From an uncultured Janthinobacterium sp. (GTDB lineage: Bacteria > Vulcanimicrobiota > Vulcanimicrobiia > Vulcanimicrobiales > Vulcanimicrobiaceae), in contig CAZZXB010000049.1 of the NCBI GenBank assembly GCA_964658025.1, positions 4,524 through 20,034 of the forward strand: 15,511 bases of DNA. Reading direction: 5' to 3'. Below the pieces are notes generated by a model, which was not told where the DNA came from, ran no database searches, and saw nothing but the letters and a program-made list of their open reading frames with translations. Positions 8,357-15,511 of this stretch are shown piece by piece (positions within the stretch are counted from its first letter, which is position 1; each line of letters starts with the position of its first letter). Made by a program: the position numbers and the translations under genes.

Positions 8357-9160
8357 GTGCTTGGGAACGGTCGGCCGATGCCTCCCAACGCCGTCGCGGG
8401 TCTCGTGCGGACGATCGCCATCGTCAACCAAAAAGGCGGCGTCGGAAAGAGCACGACGGCGGTGAACCTCGGCGCGTCGCTCGCGATGCTCGGGCATCGC
8501 GTCCTCCTGGTCGATCTGGACCCGCAGGGCAACGCGACGAGCGGCTTCGGCGTCGACAAGCGGGCCCTCGCGGCGAACATCTACGACGTGCTCCTCGCGG
8601 ATCGCCCGGCGATCGACGTCGTCCTGCGCGACATCATTCCGAATCTCGATCTGCTCCCCGCGGCGATCTCCCTCGCCGGCGCCGAGATCGAGCTCGTCTC
8701 CGCGCTGTCGCGAGAGACGCGGCTTCGGAAGGCGCTCGCGCCGCTCGTCGACGACTACGCGTACGTCCTCATCGACTGCCCGCCGTCGCTCGGGTTGCTC
8801 ACGCTCAACGCGCTCACGGCGGCGACGGAGGTCGTCATCCCGGTGCAGGCGGAGTACTACGCGCTCGAGGGTCTCTCGCAACTCACGCAGGTCGTCGGAC
8901 GGATCCGCGAGGCGCTCAATCCGACGCTCCGGATCTCGGGCGTCCTCGTCACGATGTTCGACGGCCGGACGCGCCTCGCCATGGAAGTGCTCGACGAAGT
9001 GAACGCCCATTTTCCCAACGAGATCTTCCGGACGCAGATCCCGCGGAACATCCGCCTCTCGGAGGCGCCGTCGTTCGGCAAACCCGTCGTGCTCTTCGAC
9101 GTCAAGAGCCGCGGCGCGCAGGCGTATCTCGCGCTCGCGCGCGAGGTCATCGGCGCGTGA
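8357..9160 (+). CDS. parA: Chromosome partitioning ATPase ParA/Soj
   Basis: Deviant Walker A NQKGGVGKST, DLDPQGNAT, LIDCPPSLG, PVQAEYYALEGL, IPRNIRLSEAPSFG. GTG8357 follows GAAGGGAG SD at 8341-8348; ATG8378 and GTG8405 are alternative starts. Confidence 0.96.
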   Translation: MLGNGRPMPPNAVAGLVRTIAIVNQKGGVGKSTTAVNLGASLAMLGHRVLLVDLDPQGNATSGFGVDKRALAANIYDVLLADRPAIDVVLRDIIPNLDLLPAAISLAGAEIELVSALSRETRLRKALAPLVDDYAYVLIDCPPSLGLLTLNALTAATEVVIPVQAEYYALEGLSQLTQVVGRIREALNPTLRISGVLVTMFDGRTRLAMEVLDEVNAHFPNEIFRTQIPRNIRLSEAPSFGKPVVLFDVKSRGAQAYLALAREVIGA

Positions 9161-10065
9161 GCGCGCCGAAGCGTCGGCTCGGGCGCGGTCTCGACGCGCT
9201 CCTCGGGTCGCCGGCACCGCCCGCCACGCCGCCGGCCGAGACGACGCCGACGTCGGGATCGGAGTCGGGACTCGTCGAGATCCGGATCGACGCGATCCGG
9301 CCGAATCCGCAGCAACCGCGAAAAACGTTCGACGCGGAGGCCCTCGGCGAACTCGAGCGCTCGATCCGCGAACTCGGCGTGCTCGTGCCGATCATCGTGC
9401 GCCCGGCGCCGGCGGTCGGCGGTGAGGCGCGTTTCGAGCTCATCGCGGGCGAACGCCGTTGGCGCGCCGCCGCCGCGGCGCGGCTCGCGACGATCCCGGC
9501 GCTCGTTCGCGAGGCCGACGATCGGACGAGCATGGAAGTCGCCGTCGTCGAAAACCTCCAGCGCCGGGATCTCGATCCGCTCGAAGAGGCGATGGGCTTC
9601 CAGCATCTCGTCGACGAGTATCGCTTCACGCAGGATGCCGTCGCCGACCGGATCGGCAAGAGCCGCTCCGCCGTCGCCAACGCGCTGCGCCTCCTCGCAC
9701 TCTCCGATCGGATCAAAGCGCTCCTGCGCGCGGGCGAGCTCTCGGTCGGCCATGCCCGTGCCCTCCTCGCCGTCGACGCGGCCGAGCGCGACGCCCTCGC
9801 GGATCGGATCGTCCGCGACGGGCTGACCGTCCGCGACGTCGAGCGGCGGGGCACGCGTCACCGCGAGCGCGCGACGGAGGGCTCGCGGACGGGCCCGCTC
9901 CCGAAACATCCCGATCTCGAAGCGGTCGAAGCCCGGTTGCGCTACGCGCTCGGAACGAGCGTCGCGCTCCTTCCGGCGGCGAAGGGCGGAAAGCTCGAGA
10001 TCCGTTACGCCGACGACGACGAACTCGCGCGGATCGTCGGTGCGCTCGTCGGCGACGAACGATGA
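9157..10065 (+). CDS. parB: Chromosome partitioning CTPase ParB/Spo0J
   Basis: N-terminal KRRLGRGLDALL, PNPQQPRKTF, LIAGERRWRAA (CTP-binding motif), ENLQR, HTH SRSAVANALRLL..VGHARAL (ParB-type rather than Noc-type residues). GTGA overlap with parA. Confidence 0.97.
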   Translation: MSAPKRRLGRGLDALLGSPAPPATPPAETTPTSGSESGLVEIRIDAIRPNPQQPRKTFDAEALGELERSIRELGVLVPIIVRPAPAVGGEARFELIAGERRWRAAAAARLATIPALVREADDRTSMEVAVVENLQRRDLDPLEEAMGFQHLVDEYRFTQDAVADRIGKSRSAVANALRLLALSDRIKALLRAGELSVGHARALLAVDAAERDALADRIVRDGLTVRDVERRGTRHRERATEGSRTGPLPKHPDLEAVEARLRYALGTSVALLPAAKGGKLEIRYADDDELARIVGALVGDER

Positions 10066-10874
10066 TCCGGGGGCGCTTCGCGCTCGGGGCGACGGCGGCG
10101 CTCGGGTTTTCGACCTCTCCCGCGCGCGCCGCGCTCGCCGCCGCCGATCGCGCCGCGCTCGCACGTTACCTCGACGATCTCGTGCACGAACGCTACGACG
10201 GGGCGTACGGCGCGCTCGCCGCGGACGAGCGGCGCTACTTCGGTTCCGCCGCGAACCTCCGCTCGATCTTCGTCGCCGACTCGCTTCGCATCGAGCGCTT
10301 TCGCTTGCTGGCATCGCGTTCGAATCCGCACGGCGTGCTCGTCGTCGTTTCGGAGCGCATCTCGTATTTCGATCACGCGACGCAGCAACCGGTCGCCGCG
10401 ACGGCGCGCGTCGCCTACGGCGTCGTCGCGGATCGCGGCGTGCCACGCGTCAAGGATCCGTACCATCCGTGGCGCGCCTTCGCGCCGAACGGGATCGCCG
10501 CGGCGGCGGACGGGTTGGACGTCGTACTGCGAAAGATCTCGTTCTTCACGGGACGGCTCGAATGCGTTTTCGCGTTCACGAATACGGGCGAGCGAACGAT
10601 CTCGGTCCTCCCGTACGGTCGGACGACGCTACGCGACGAACGCGGCCGACGCTATCTCGCGATCGAGAGTCGCGCGCCCGGTCTGACCGATCGGACGCTC
10701 TACGGCGGCTTACGGCTCCAACCGCACGCGCGTTACACGGGCGCGATAACGTTCGCGACGCCCGATCGCTTCTCGCCCGTCGCGCTCTCGCTCGCCGTCG
10801 GGCCCGTCCTCGTCGACGGTGCGGACGCGCCCTCCGAGATCGCGTTGCCGACGTGGACCGCGCCGGTTATTTAA
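10062..10874 (+). CDS. Hypothetical exported protein (270 aa)
   Basis: ATGA overlap with the parB stop; N-terminus MIRGRFALGATAALGFSTSPARA resembles a signal peptide; normal protein composition. No family recognised with confidence. Confidence 0.75.
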   Translation: MIRGRFALGATAALGFSTSPARAALAAADRAALARYLDDLVHERYDGAYGALAADERRYFGSAANLRSIFVADSLRIERFRLLASRSNPHGVLVVVSERISYFDHATQQPVAATARVAYGVVADRGVPRVKDPYHPWRAFAPNGIAAAADGLDVVLRKISFFTGRLECVFAFTNTGERTISVLPYGRTTLRDERGRRYLAIESRAPGLTDRTLYGGLRLQPHARYTGAITFATPDRFSPVALSLAVGPVLVDGADAPSEIALPTWTAPVI

Positions 10875-10899
10875 CGGAACATTATCGTTACTTTAAGAT
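10871..10899 (+). promoter_or_regulatory. Putative sigma70 promoter TTAACG-N17-TAAGAT in an AT-rich island
   Basis: Only markedly AT-rich stretch in the window (~10867-10920); -35/-10-like hexamers at 17-nt spacing upstream of the lipoprotein gene. Confidence 0.45.
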
Positions 10900-11007
10900 T
10901 TATTACGGTACTAAACGAACTCGTCTCTGGCGTCGGTCGCGCCGACAGGAGACGTTCGTCGGCGGAGCCAAGCGCGATCGTATCGTCTCTCGTCGGGAGT
11001 TAGCGGA

Positions 11008-11589
11008 ATGCGTGGTTTCGTTTTGTCGCTCGCCGTCGTCGGAACCGTCGCGACGACCGCTTGCGGGAGTTCCGGCGGCACGGGCTTTTCGTCGGGAGCG
11101 AGTTCTCCGTCGTCGGTCGATCAGATCGTCATCTCGTCGCAGACGGGGCAGGCGAACTTTTTCTTTCTCGCACCGGGCGGGACGAACGTCCCGATCGCGC
11201 TGACCGCGGTCGCGCAAAACGGCGGCGGCGTGACCGCGCTCGCCGCGAACACGAGCGGCTTCACGTGGAACGCGCGCGTCGTCGATCCGACGACGGATCC
11301 CGCGGCGTATTGGCAATACACGACGACCACCGTTCCGAACGGCACCGTCCGTTCGTGTCCGTCGATCTCGTCCCCGCCCCCCGCCGGCATCTCGTTCGCG
11401 AACCTCCCGCTCGAACGGAACGACGGCACGCCGTTGCCTTCCGGGACGAAAACGACGGCGGTGAAGTATGCCGCGACGCCCGGTCTCGCACCGCCGTATT
11501 GCGTGCTCGTCACGGCGACCTACGGCGCCGGCGCGGGATTCGGCGCCGTGACGATCGTCGTCGCGTCGAACCCGAACGGGCCGTCGTAA
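11008..11589 (+). CDS. Hypothetical lipoprotein (193 aa, Ser/Thr/Gly/Pro-rich)
   Basis: MRGFVLSLAVVGTVATTA-C-GSSGG resembles a signal peptide II with lipobox Cys and Ser/Gly tether; GGGAG SD at 10995-10999. Confidence 0.78.
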   Translation: MRGFVLSLAVVGTVATTACGSSGGTGFSSGASSPSSVDQIVISSQTGQANFFFLAPGGTNVPIALTAVAQNGGGVTALAANTSGFTWNARVVDPTTDPAAYWQYTTTTVPNGTVRSCPSISSPPPAGISFANLPLERNDGTPLPSGTKTTAVKYAATPGLAPPYCVLVTATYGAGAGFGAVTIVVASNPNGPS

Positions 11590-11603
11590 CGCACGCCGTT
11601 CCG

Positions 11604-12212
11604 TTGCGCGGCATCTACGCGATCGTCGACGCCGCGGCGTCGCGCGATCCCGTCGCCGCGCTCGCGCCGATCCTGGATGCGGGAATCGTCGTCGTGCAGT
11701 ATCGCGCGAAATCCGGCGTCGATCGCGCGATCGTCCGCGCGATGGTCGCGCGGACGCGCGCCGCGCGGGCGCTCCTGATCGTCAACGACGACTTCGATGC
11801 GGCGCTCGATGCCGACGGGTGGCACGCGGGGCAAGAAGATCTCGCCGCGCGCGACCCGGCGACGTGTCGTCGTCTCCTCGGCGATCGTCTCTTCGGCATC
11901 TCGTGCGGCACGCCCGAGGAGGCGCGCGTCGCGGAAGCCCTCGGCGCCGACTATCTCGGGACGGGCCCGTTCCGTGCGACCGCGTCGAAGGCGGATGCGG
12001 GCGACGCGATCGGCGTCGCGGGCGTTGCGGCCGTCGTCGCGGCGACGCGTCTTCCGGTCGCGGCGATCGGCGGGATCGATCGCGACGCGCTCGCCGACGT
12101 CGCGCGGAGCGGCGCGCGGATGGCCGCCGTCATCTCGGCGATCTCGCTCGCGTCCGATCCCGGTGCGGCCGCGCGCGCGCTCGTCGCGCGGTGGAACGAG
12201 GTCGCGCCGTGA
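11604..12212 (+). CDS. thiE: Thiamine-phosphate synthase
   Basis: GIYAIVD, QYRAK, LLIVNDD, ADGWHAGQED, ADYLGTGPFRATASK, PVAAIGGI, AAVISAI. TTG11604 is the likely start. Confidence 0.92.
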   Translation: MRGIYAIVDAAASRDPVAALAPILDAGIVVVQYRAKSGVDRAIVRAMVARTRAARALLIVNDDFDAALDADGWHAGQEDLAARDPATCRRLLGDRLFGISCGTPEEARVAEALGADYLGTGPFRATASKADAGDAIGVAGVAAVVAATRLPVAAIGGIDRDALADVARSGARMAAVISAISLASDPGAAARALVARWNEVAP

Positions 12213-12263
12213 GCGCGCCCGTCGTGGGCTCGGACGAGAACGCGCCGTGAGCGCGCCCGTCGT
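12203..12263 (+). repeat. Direct repeat CGCGCCGTGAGCGCGCCCGTCGT (23 bp x2, 38-bp period) at the thiE/thiD junction
   Basis: Identical copies at 12203-12225 and 12241-12263, each preceded by ACGAG at the same offset. Confidence 0.92.
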
Positions 12264-13005
12264 CTGCACGATCGGGACGAGCGATCCGTGGAACGCCGCG
12301 GGGATCGGGCTCGACGTCCTCGCGTTGCACGAGTGCGGCGCGTACCCGGTCTGCGTGACGGTCGGCACGAGCGCGCAGAACGCCGCCGGGATCGCGCTCG
12401 CACGTCCGGTCGCGCCCGAGCTCGTGGTCGCGCAGTTCGACGCGCTCGCGGACGCCGGGATCGCGGCGTATCGGATCGGCGCGATGCTCGACGCGACGAC
12501 GGTCGCGCTCGTCGCGTCGCGCGTCTCGCGAAGCGGCGTTCCGATCGTGTACGACCCCGCACTCGGTGCGAGCGGGGGCGGCCGCTTCGGCGACGACGCG
12601 ACGCTGGACTCGATCCGCGAACGGCTCGTTCCGATCGTCACGATCGTCACGCCGAATCTCGCCGAAGCGGCGGCGCTCGCGGGTTTTCCGGTCGACGATC
12701 GTGACGCGATGGAGGCCGCCGCGCGCGCGCTCGTCGCGCGCGGCGCACGGGCCGCACTCGTCAAAGGCGGACATCTCGCGGGCGATCCGTCGGACGTGCT
12801 CGTCGACGCGTCGGGGACGCGCGCGTTTTCGGCGGAGCGACTCTCGGGTTCGCTTCGCGGGACGGGCTGTCTGCTCGCGGCGTCGCTCGCCGCCGCGCTC
12901 GCGCGCGGCGACGCGCTCGATGCCGCGGTCGCCGTCGCGCGCGCGTTCGTCCGCGACAAGATCGTCCGCGGGACGGATCGCGGCGGCATGCGTACCGCGT
13001 ACTGA
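12247..13005 (+). CDS. thiD: Hydroxymethylpyrimidine/phosphomethylpyrimidine kinase (ThiD/PdxK-like ribokinase family)
   Basis: VCTIGTSDP..AGIGLD, TSAQN, VYDP, VTPNLAEA, LVKGGHL, RGTGC anion-hole motif; adjacent to thiE. Confidence 0.85.
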   Translation: MSAPVVCTIGTSDPWNAAGIGLDVLALHECGAYPVCVTVGTSAQNAAGIALARPVAPELVVAQFDALADAGIAAYRIGAMLDATTVALVASRVSRSGVPIVYDPALGASGGGRFGDDATLDSIRERLVPIVTIVTPNLAEAAALAGFPVDDRDAMEAAARALVARGARAALVKGGHLAGDPSDVLVDASGTRAFSAERLSGSLRGTGCLLAASLAAALARGDALDAAVAVARAFVRDKIVRGTDRGGMRTAY

Positions 13006-13132
13006 TCGCGGCCGCGCATCGTCGCGGCTCGAGCGTCGGCGTCGGAGCGCGCGACGTCGCAGCGGTTCCGGCCCGGAACTCGCGCGCGTCGCGGGCAGGT
13101 CGCCTCGGGCGCGAGGCGTAACGCGCGCGGAC

Positions 13133-14131
13133 GTGTCGTCGGAAACGAGTGCGCCGCGCATCGCGCGTCGCCGTATCATGTCGGGGATGCGTCCCACGGG
13201 TCGCCTGCATCTCGGGCATCTCCTCGGAACGCTCGCGCAGTGGATCGCCTACGATCCCGAGGACGAAACGTTTTTCGAAGTCGCCGACCTCCACGCGCTC
13301 ACGACCGGGTTCGAACGGACCGAAACGCTCGCCGAGAACGTACGCGAGATGGTCCTCGACTGGATCGCGGCGGGCGTGAGCGATCGGGCCGTCGTCTACG
13401 TGCAATCGCACGTGCCGCAGATCGCGGAACTCCATCTCTTGTTGTCGATGATCGTCCCCGTCGCGTGGCTGCAGCGCGTGCCGACCTATAAGGATCAGAT
13501 CGCGGCGCTCGGCGGCGAGATCGCGACGTACGGCTTTCTCGGATATCCGCTCATGCAACTCTGCGATATCGCGGTGATGCGCGCGAACGTCGTCCCCGTC
13601 GGTCGCGATCAACTCGCGCACCTCGAACTCGGGCGCGAGGTCGTGCGCCGTTTCAACCATCTCTACGGCGCGACGCTCGTCGAACCGCAGGCGACGCTCT
13701 CGGAATTCCCGGACGTCCCCGGAACCGACGGGCGCAAGATGTCGAAATCGTACGGCAACGCGATCGAACTCGCCGACGACGACGCGACGACGACGAAAAA
13801 AATCCGCGCGATGATCACCGACCCGCTCAAGATACGTCGCAACGATCCGGGCCGGCCGGACGTCTGCCCCGTGTTTTCGTTGCAGAAGATCGTCAACGTG
13901 CCGCGTACGCCGACGATCGACGCGGAATGTCGGAGCGGCGCGCTCGGCTGCGTCGCGTGCAAGTCGGAACTCGCGGAACGGACGAACGCCTACCTCGCGC
14001 CGTTACGCGAACGGCGCGCCGCGCTCGATCCCGCGCAGGTCGACGTCGTCCTCGAACGCGGTGCCGAGATCGCCCGTGGCGTCGCGTCGGAGACGCTCGC
14101 CGACGTGAAACGGGCGATGCGCTTACCATAG
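13133..14131 (+). CDS. trpS: Tryptophan--tRNA ligase
   Basis: SGMRPTGRLHLGH (HIGH motif), ADLHALT, YVQSHVP, GYPLMQ..DI, VPVGRDQ..HLEL, KMSKSYGN. GTG13133 is the probable start. Confidence 0.96.
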   Translation: MSSETSAPRIARRRIMSGMRPTGRLHLGHLLGTLAQWIAYDPEDETFFEVADLHALTTGFERTETLAENVREMVLDWIAAGVSDRAVVYVQSHVPQIAELHLLLSMIVPVAWLQRVPTYKDQIAALGGEIATYGFLGYPLMQLCDIAVMRANVVPVGRDQLAHLELGREVVRRFNHLYGATLVEPQATLSEFPDVPGTDGRKMSKSYGNAIELADDDATTTKKIRAMITDPLKIRRNDPGRPDVCPVFSLQKIVNVPRTPTIDAECRSGALGCVACKSELAERTNAYLAPLRERRAALDPAQVDVVLERGAEIARGVASETLADVKRAMRLP

Positions 14132-14308
14132 CGCCGCCCAGCCGCGGTCGCGATCGCTGCGAGCGTCCCCGAAACGTCGCGAACGAAATTGGACGACGCG
14201 TCGCGGGGATCGCTATCGATGGAACGGCTCGGTCGCCGACATCGACGAAACGGCTAGCCTAGCGAACTCGACGACACGGCATGGCGGGCGAAACCCGCGG
14301 ATACGAGG

Positions 14309-15508
14309 TTAGGTCAGCGTCGGCGGAACGAAGCGCGGTAACGCCGCGCGCATGCGCTCGATCGCGTCCGCGATCTCGGCGAGCGAGCGCGCGTAGGAGA
14401 AGCGCATGTAGCCGCGTCCGTGCGGTCCGAAGCACGAACCGCCGAGTCCCGCGACGCCCGCTTCTTCGAGCAGGAACGACGCGAGCGCGCGATCGTCGTG
14501 CGTGATCCCGCCGACGTTGGGAAACGCGTAGAACGCGCCCGCCGGCGTCGCGCACGAGATGCCGGGAAGCGAATTGAGTCCCTCGACGATCGCGTCGCGA
14601 CGCACGCGGAACTCCGCGACCATCGCGCGCACGTCGTCGTCGGGTCCGGTCAGCGCCGCGATCCCCGCTTCTTGGACGAACGGTGCGACGCACGAATAAT
14701 TATTCTGTCCGAAGAGCGTCGCGAGCTTCGCCATCTCGAGCGGGAGCACGCCGTAGCCGAGCCGCCAACCCGTCATCGCGTACGCCTTCGAAAATCCGTC
14801 GAGGATCGCCGTCCGTTCGCGCATCCCGTCGAGCGAGGCGATCGAGACGAACTCCGCGTCGTAGATGTTCCGCGAGTAGATCTCGTCGGAGACGACCGTG
14901 AGATCGTGCCGGATCGCGAGCTCCGCGATCGTTTCGAGATCGGATCGCGTCAGCACGCCGCCCGTCGGATTCTGCGGCGAGTTGAGGACGACGAGCTTCG
15001 TCTTCGACGTGATCGCGCTCGCGAGTCGATCGAGATCGAGCCGGAAGCCGGTCGCTTCGACGAGCGGGATCGGCACGGCGACCGCATCGAGATAGTCGGC
15101 GCATCCGGCGTACGCGGGATAGGCGGGATCGGCGTAGATCATCTCGTCGCCCGGACCGAGTAACGCGCAGAGCAGATTCCACACGAGCGGTTTGAGCCCG
15201 GGGCTGACGACGACGTTCTCGCGCGCGAACGGCGCCATGCCGCGGAAGCGCGCGGCGTACGTCGCGATCGCGTCCCGCGTCTTCGCGAGACCCGCGGAGG
15301 GCGCGTAGTGCGTCTCGTTGCGCTCGATCGCGGCGATCCCCGCGGCCTTCACGTGCGCGGGCGTGTCGAAATCCGGTTCGCCGACTTCGAGATGGATGAC
15401 GTCGCGCCCGAGCGCCTCGAGCTCCCGAGCCCGCGCGAGTTGTTCGAAAGCCCCTTCGCCCGAAAGCCTGCGTGCCGCGGCCGACGGGCCGATCCGATGC
15501 GCGATCAT
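14309..15508 (-). CDS. PLP-dependent aminotransferase class I/II (aspartate aminotransferase-like)
   Basis: LEVGEPDFDTP, THYAPSAG, NSPQNPTGGV, SDEIY, GFSKAYAMTGWRLGY (PLP lysine), PAGAFYAF, MRFSYA. The start lies at the window edge, so its upstream context is not visible. Confidence 0.93.
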   Translation of the reverse strand: MIAHRIGPSAAARRLSGEGAFEQLARARELEALGRDVIHLEVGEPDFDTPAHVKAAGIAAIERNETHYAPSAGLAKTRDAIATYAARFRGMAPFARENVVVSPGLKPLVWNLLCALLGPGDEMIYADPAYPAYAGCADYLDAVAVPIPLVEATGFRLDLDRLASAITSKTKLVVLNSPQNPTGGVLTRSDLETIAELAIRHDLTVVSDEIYSRNIYDAEFVSIASLDGMRERTAILDGFSKAYAMTGWRLGYGVLPLEMAKLATLFGQNNYSCVAPFVQEAGIAALTGPDDDVRAMVAEFRVRRDAIVEGLNSLPGISCATPAGAFYAFPNVGGITHDDRALASFLLEEAGVAGLGGSCFGPHGRGYMRFSYARSLAEIADAIERMRAALPRFVPPTLT

Positions 15509-15511
15509 CCG

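Larger units (their letters stand above)
8177..8418 (+). repeat. Tandem duplication of ~117/121 bp containing parS and the parA initiation region
   Basis: Copy A 8177-8293 versus copy B 8294-8414 (match runs on to 8418). By manual alignment they differ by 6 substitutions and one 4-nt indel. Confidence 0.95.

Noticed and set aside
8177..8418. Repeat as a CRISPR array or mobile element
   Set aside because: Only two contiguous copies, no unique spacers, no cas or transposase genes; explained by tandem duplication.
9157..10065. ParB-family gene as Noc
   Set aside because: It follows parA, has the LGRGL ParA-stimulating peptide and ParB-type HTH residues, and sits next to canonical parS sites.
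10867..10920. AT-rich stretch as oriC DNA-unwinding element
   Set aside because: No TTATCCACA-like DnaA boxes seen nearby. oriC and dnaA are normally on the other side of rpmH, outside this window.
10875..11603. TPP riboswitch for thiE-thiD
   Set aside because: Conserved TPP motifs (CTGAGA, CCTGA..TAAT..CGNAGG) were not found by eye.
11061..11603. ORF-track N-terminal extensions of thiE (also yidC 696, mnmG 3787, rsmG 4857, cca 6472, hypothetical 9459, thiD 11797, trpS 12566)
   Set aside because: The extensions overlap neighbouring genes or intergenic DNA and translate to off-frame-like sequence; family motifs begin at the reassigned starts.
13006..13132. T-box leader upstream of trpS
   Set aside because: The gap is only ~127 nt, with no TGGNACCGCG T-box sequence or terminator. 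Only a 7-bp hairpin CGCCTCG-ggcg-CGAGGCG (13101-13118) is present, which may be chance.
14097..14112. parS half-sites CGTGAAACG near the trpS end and at the rpmH start (85-93)
   Set aside because: Only one arm matches; explained by Val/Met-Lys-Arg codons.

Overview
Very GC-rich bacterial chromosome segment carrying the conserved origin-proximal housekeeping block on the + strand: rpmH (missed by the ORF track), rnpA, yidD, yidC, jag/khpB, mnmE, mnmG, rsmG, a class II CCA-adding/HD enzyme, three parS sites, parA and parB. Downstream are a hypothetical exported protein, a hypothetical lipoprotein, thiE, thiD and trpS, then a convergent PLP aminotransferase on the - strand. I see no mobile element, CRISPR array, tRNA or rRNA, and no clearly new multi-gene system. 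The points worth a second look are small-scale. (i) A ~120-bp tandem duplication copies a parS site plus the parA initiation region, creating a truncated ParA-like upstream ORF. (ii) mnmE has no canonical start codon before its conserved N-terminus and is in frame with jag. (iii) A 38-bp duplication puts a 13-codon relay ORF between thiE and thiD. (iv) An AT-rich promoter and a possibly switchable structured leader precede the lipoprotein gene. (v) mnmG is probably leaderless and is preceded by a hairpin array. (vi) TrpRS carries a [4Fe-4S]-type Cys motif. Gene identities come from recognising motifs by eye, not from database searches.
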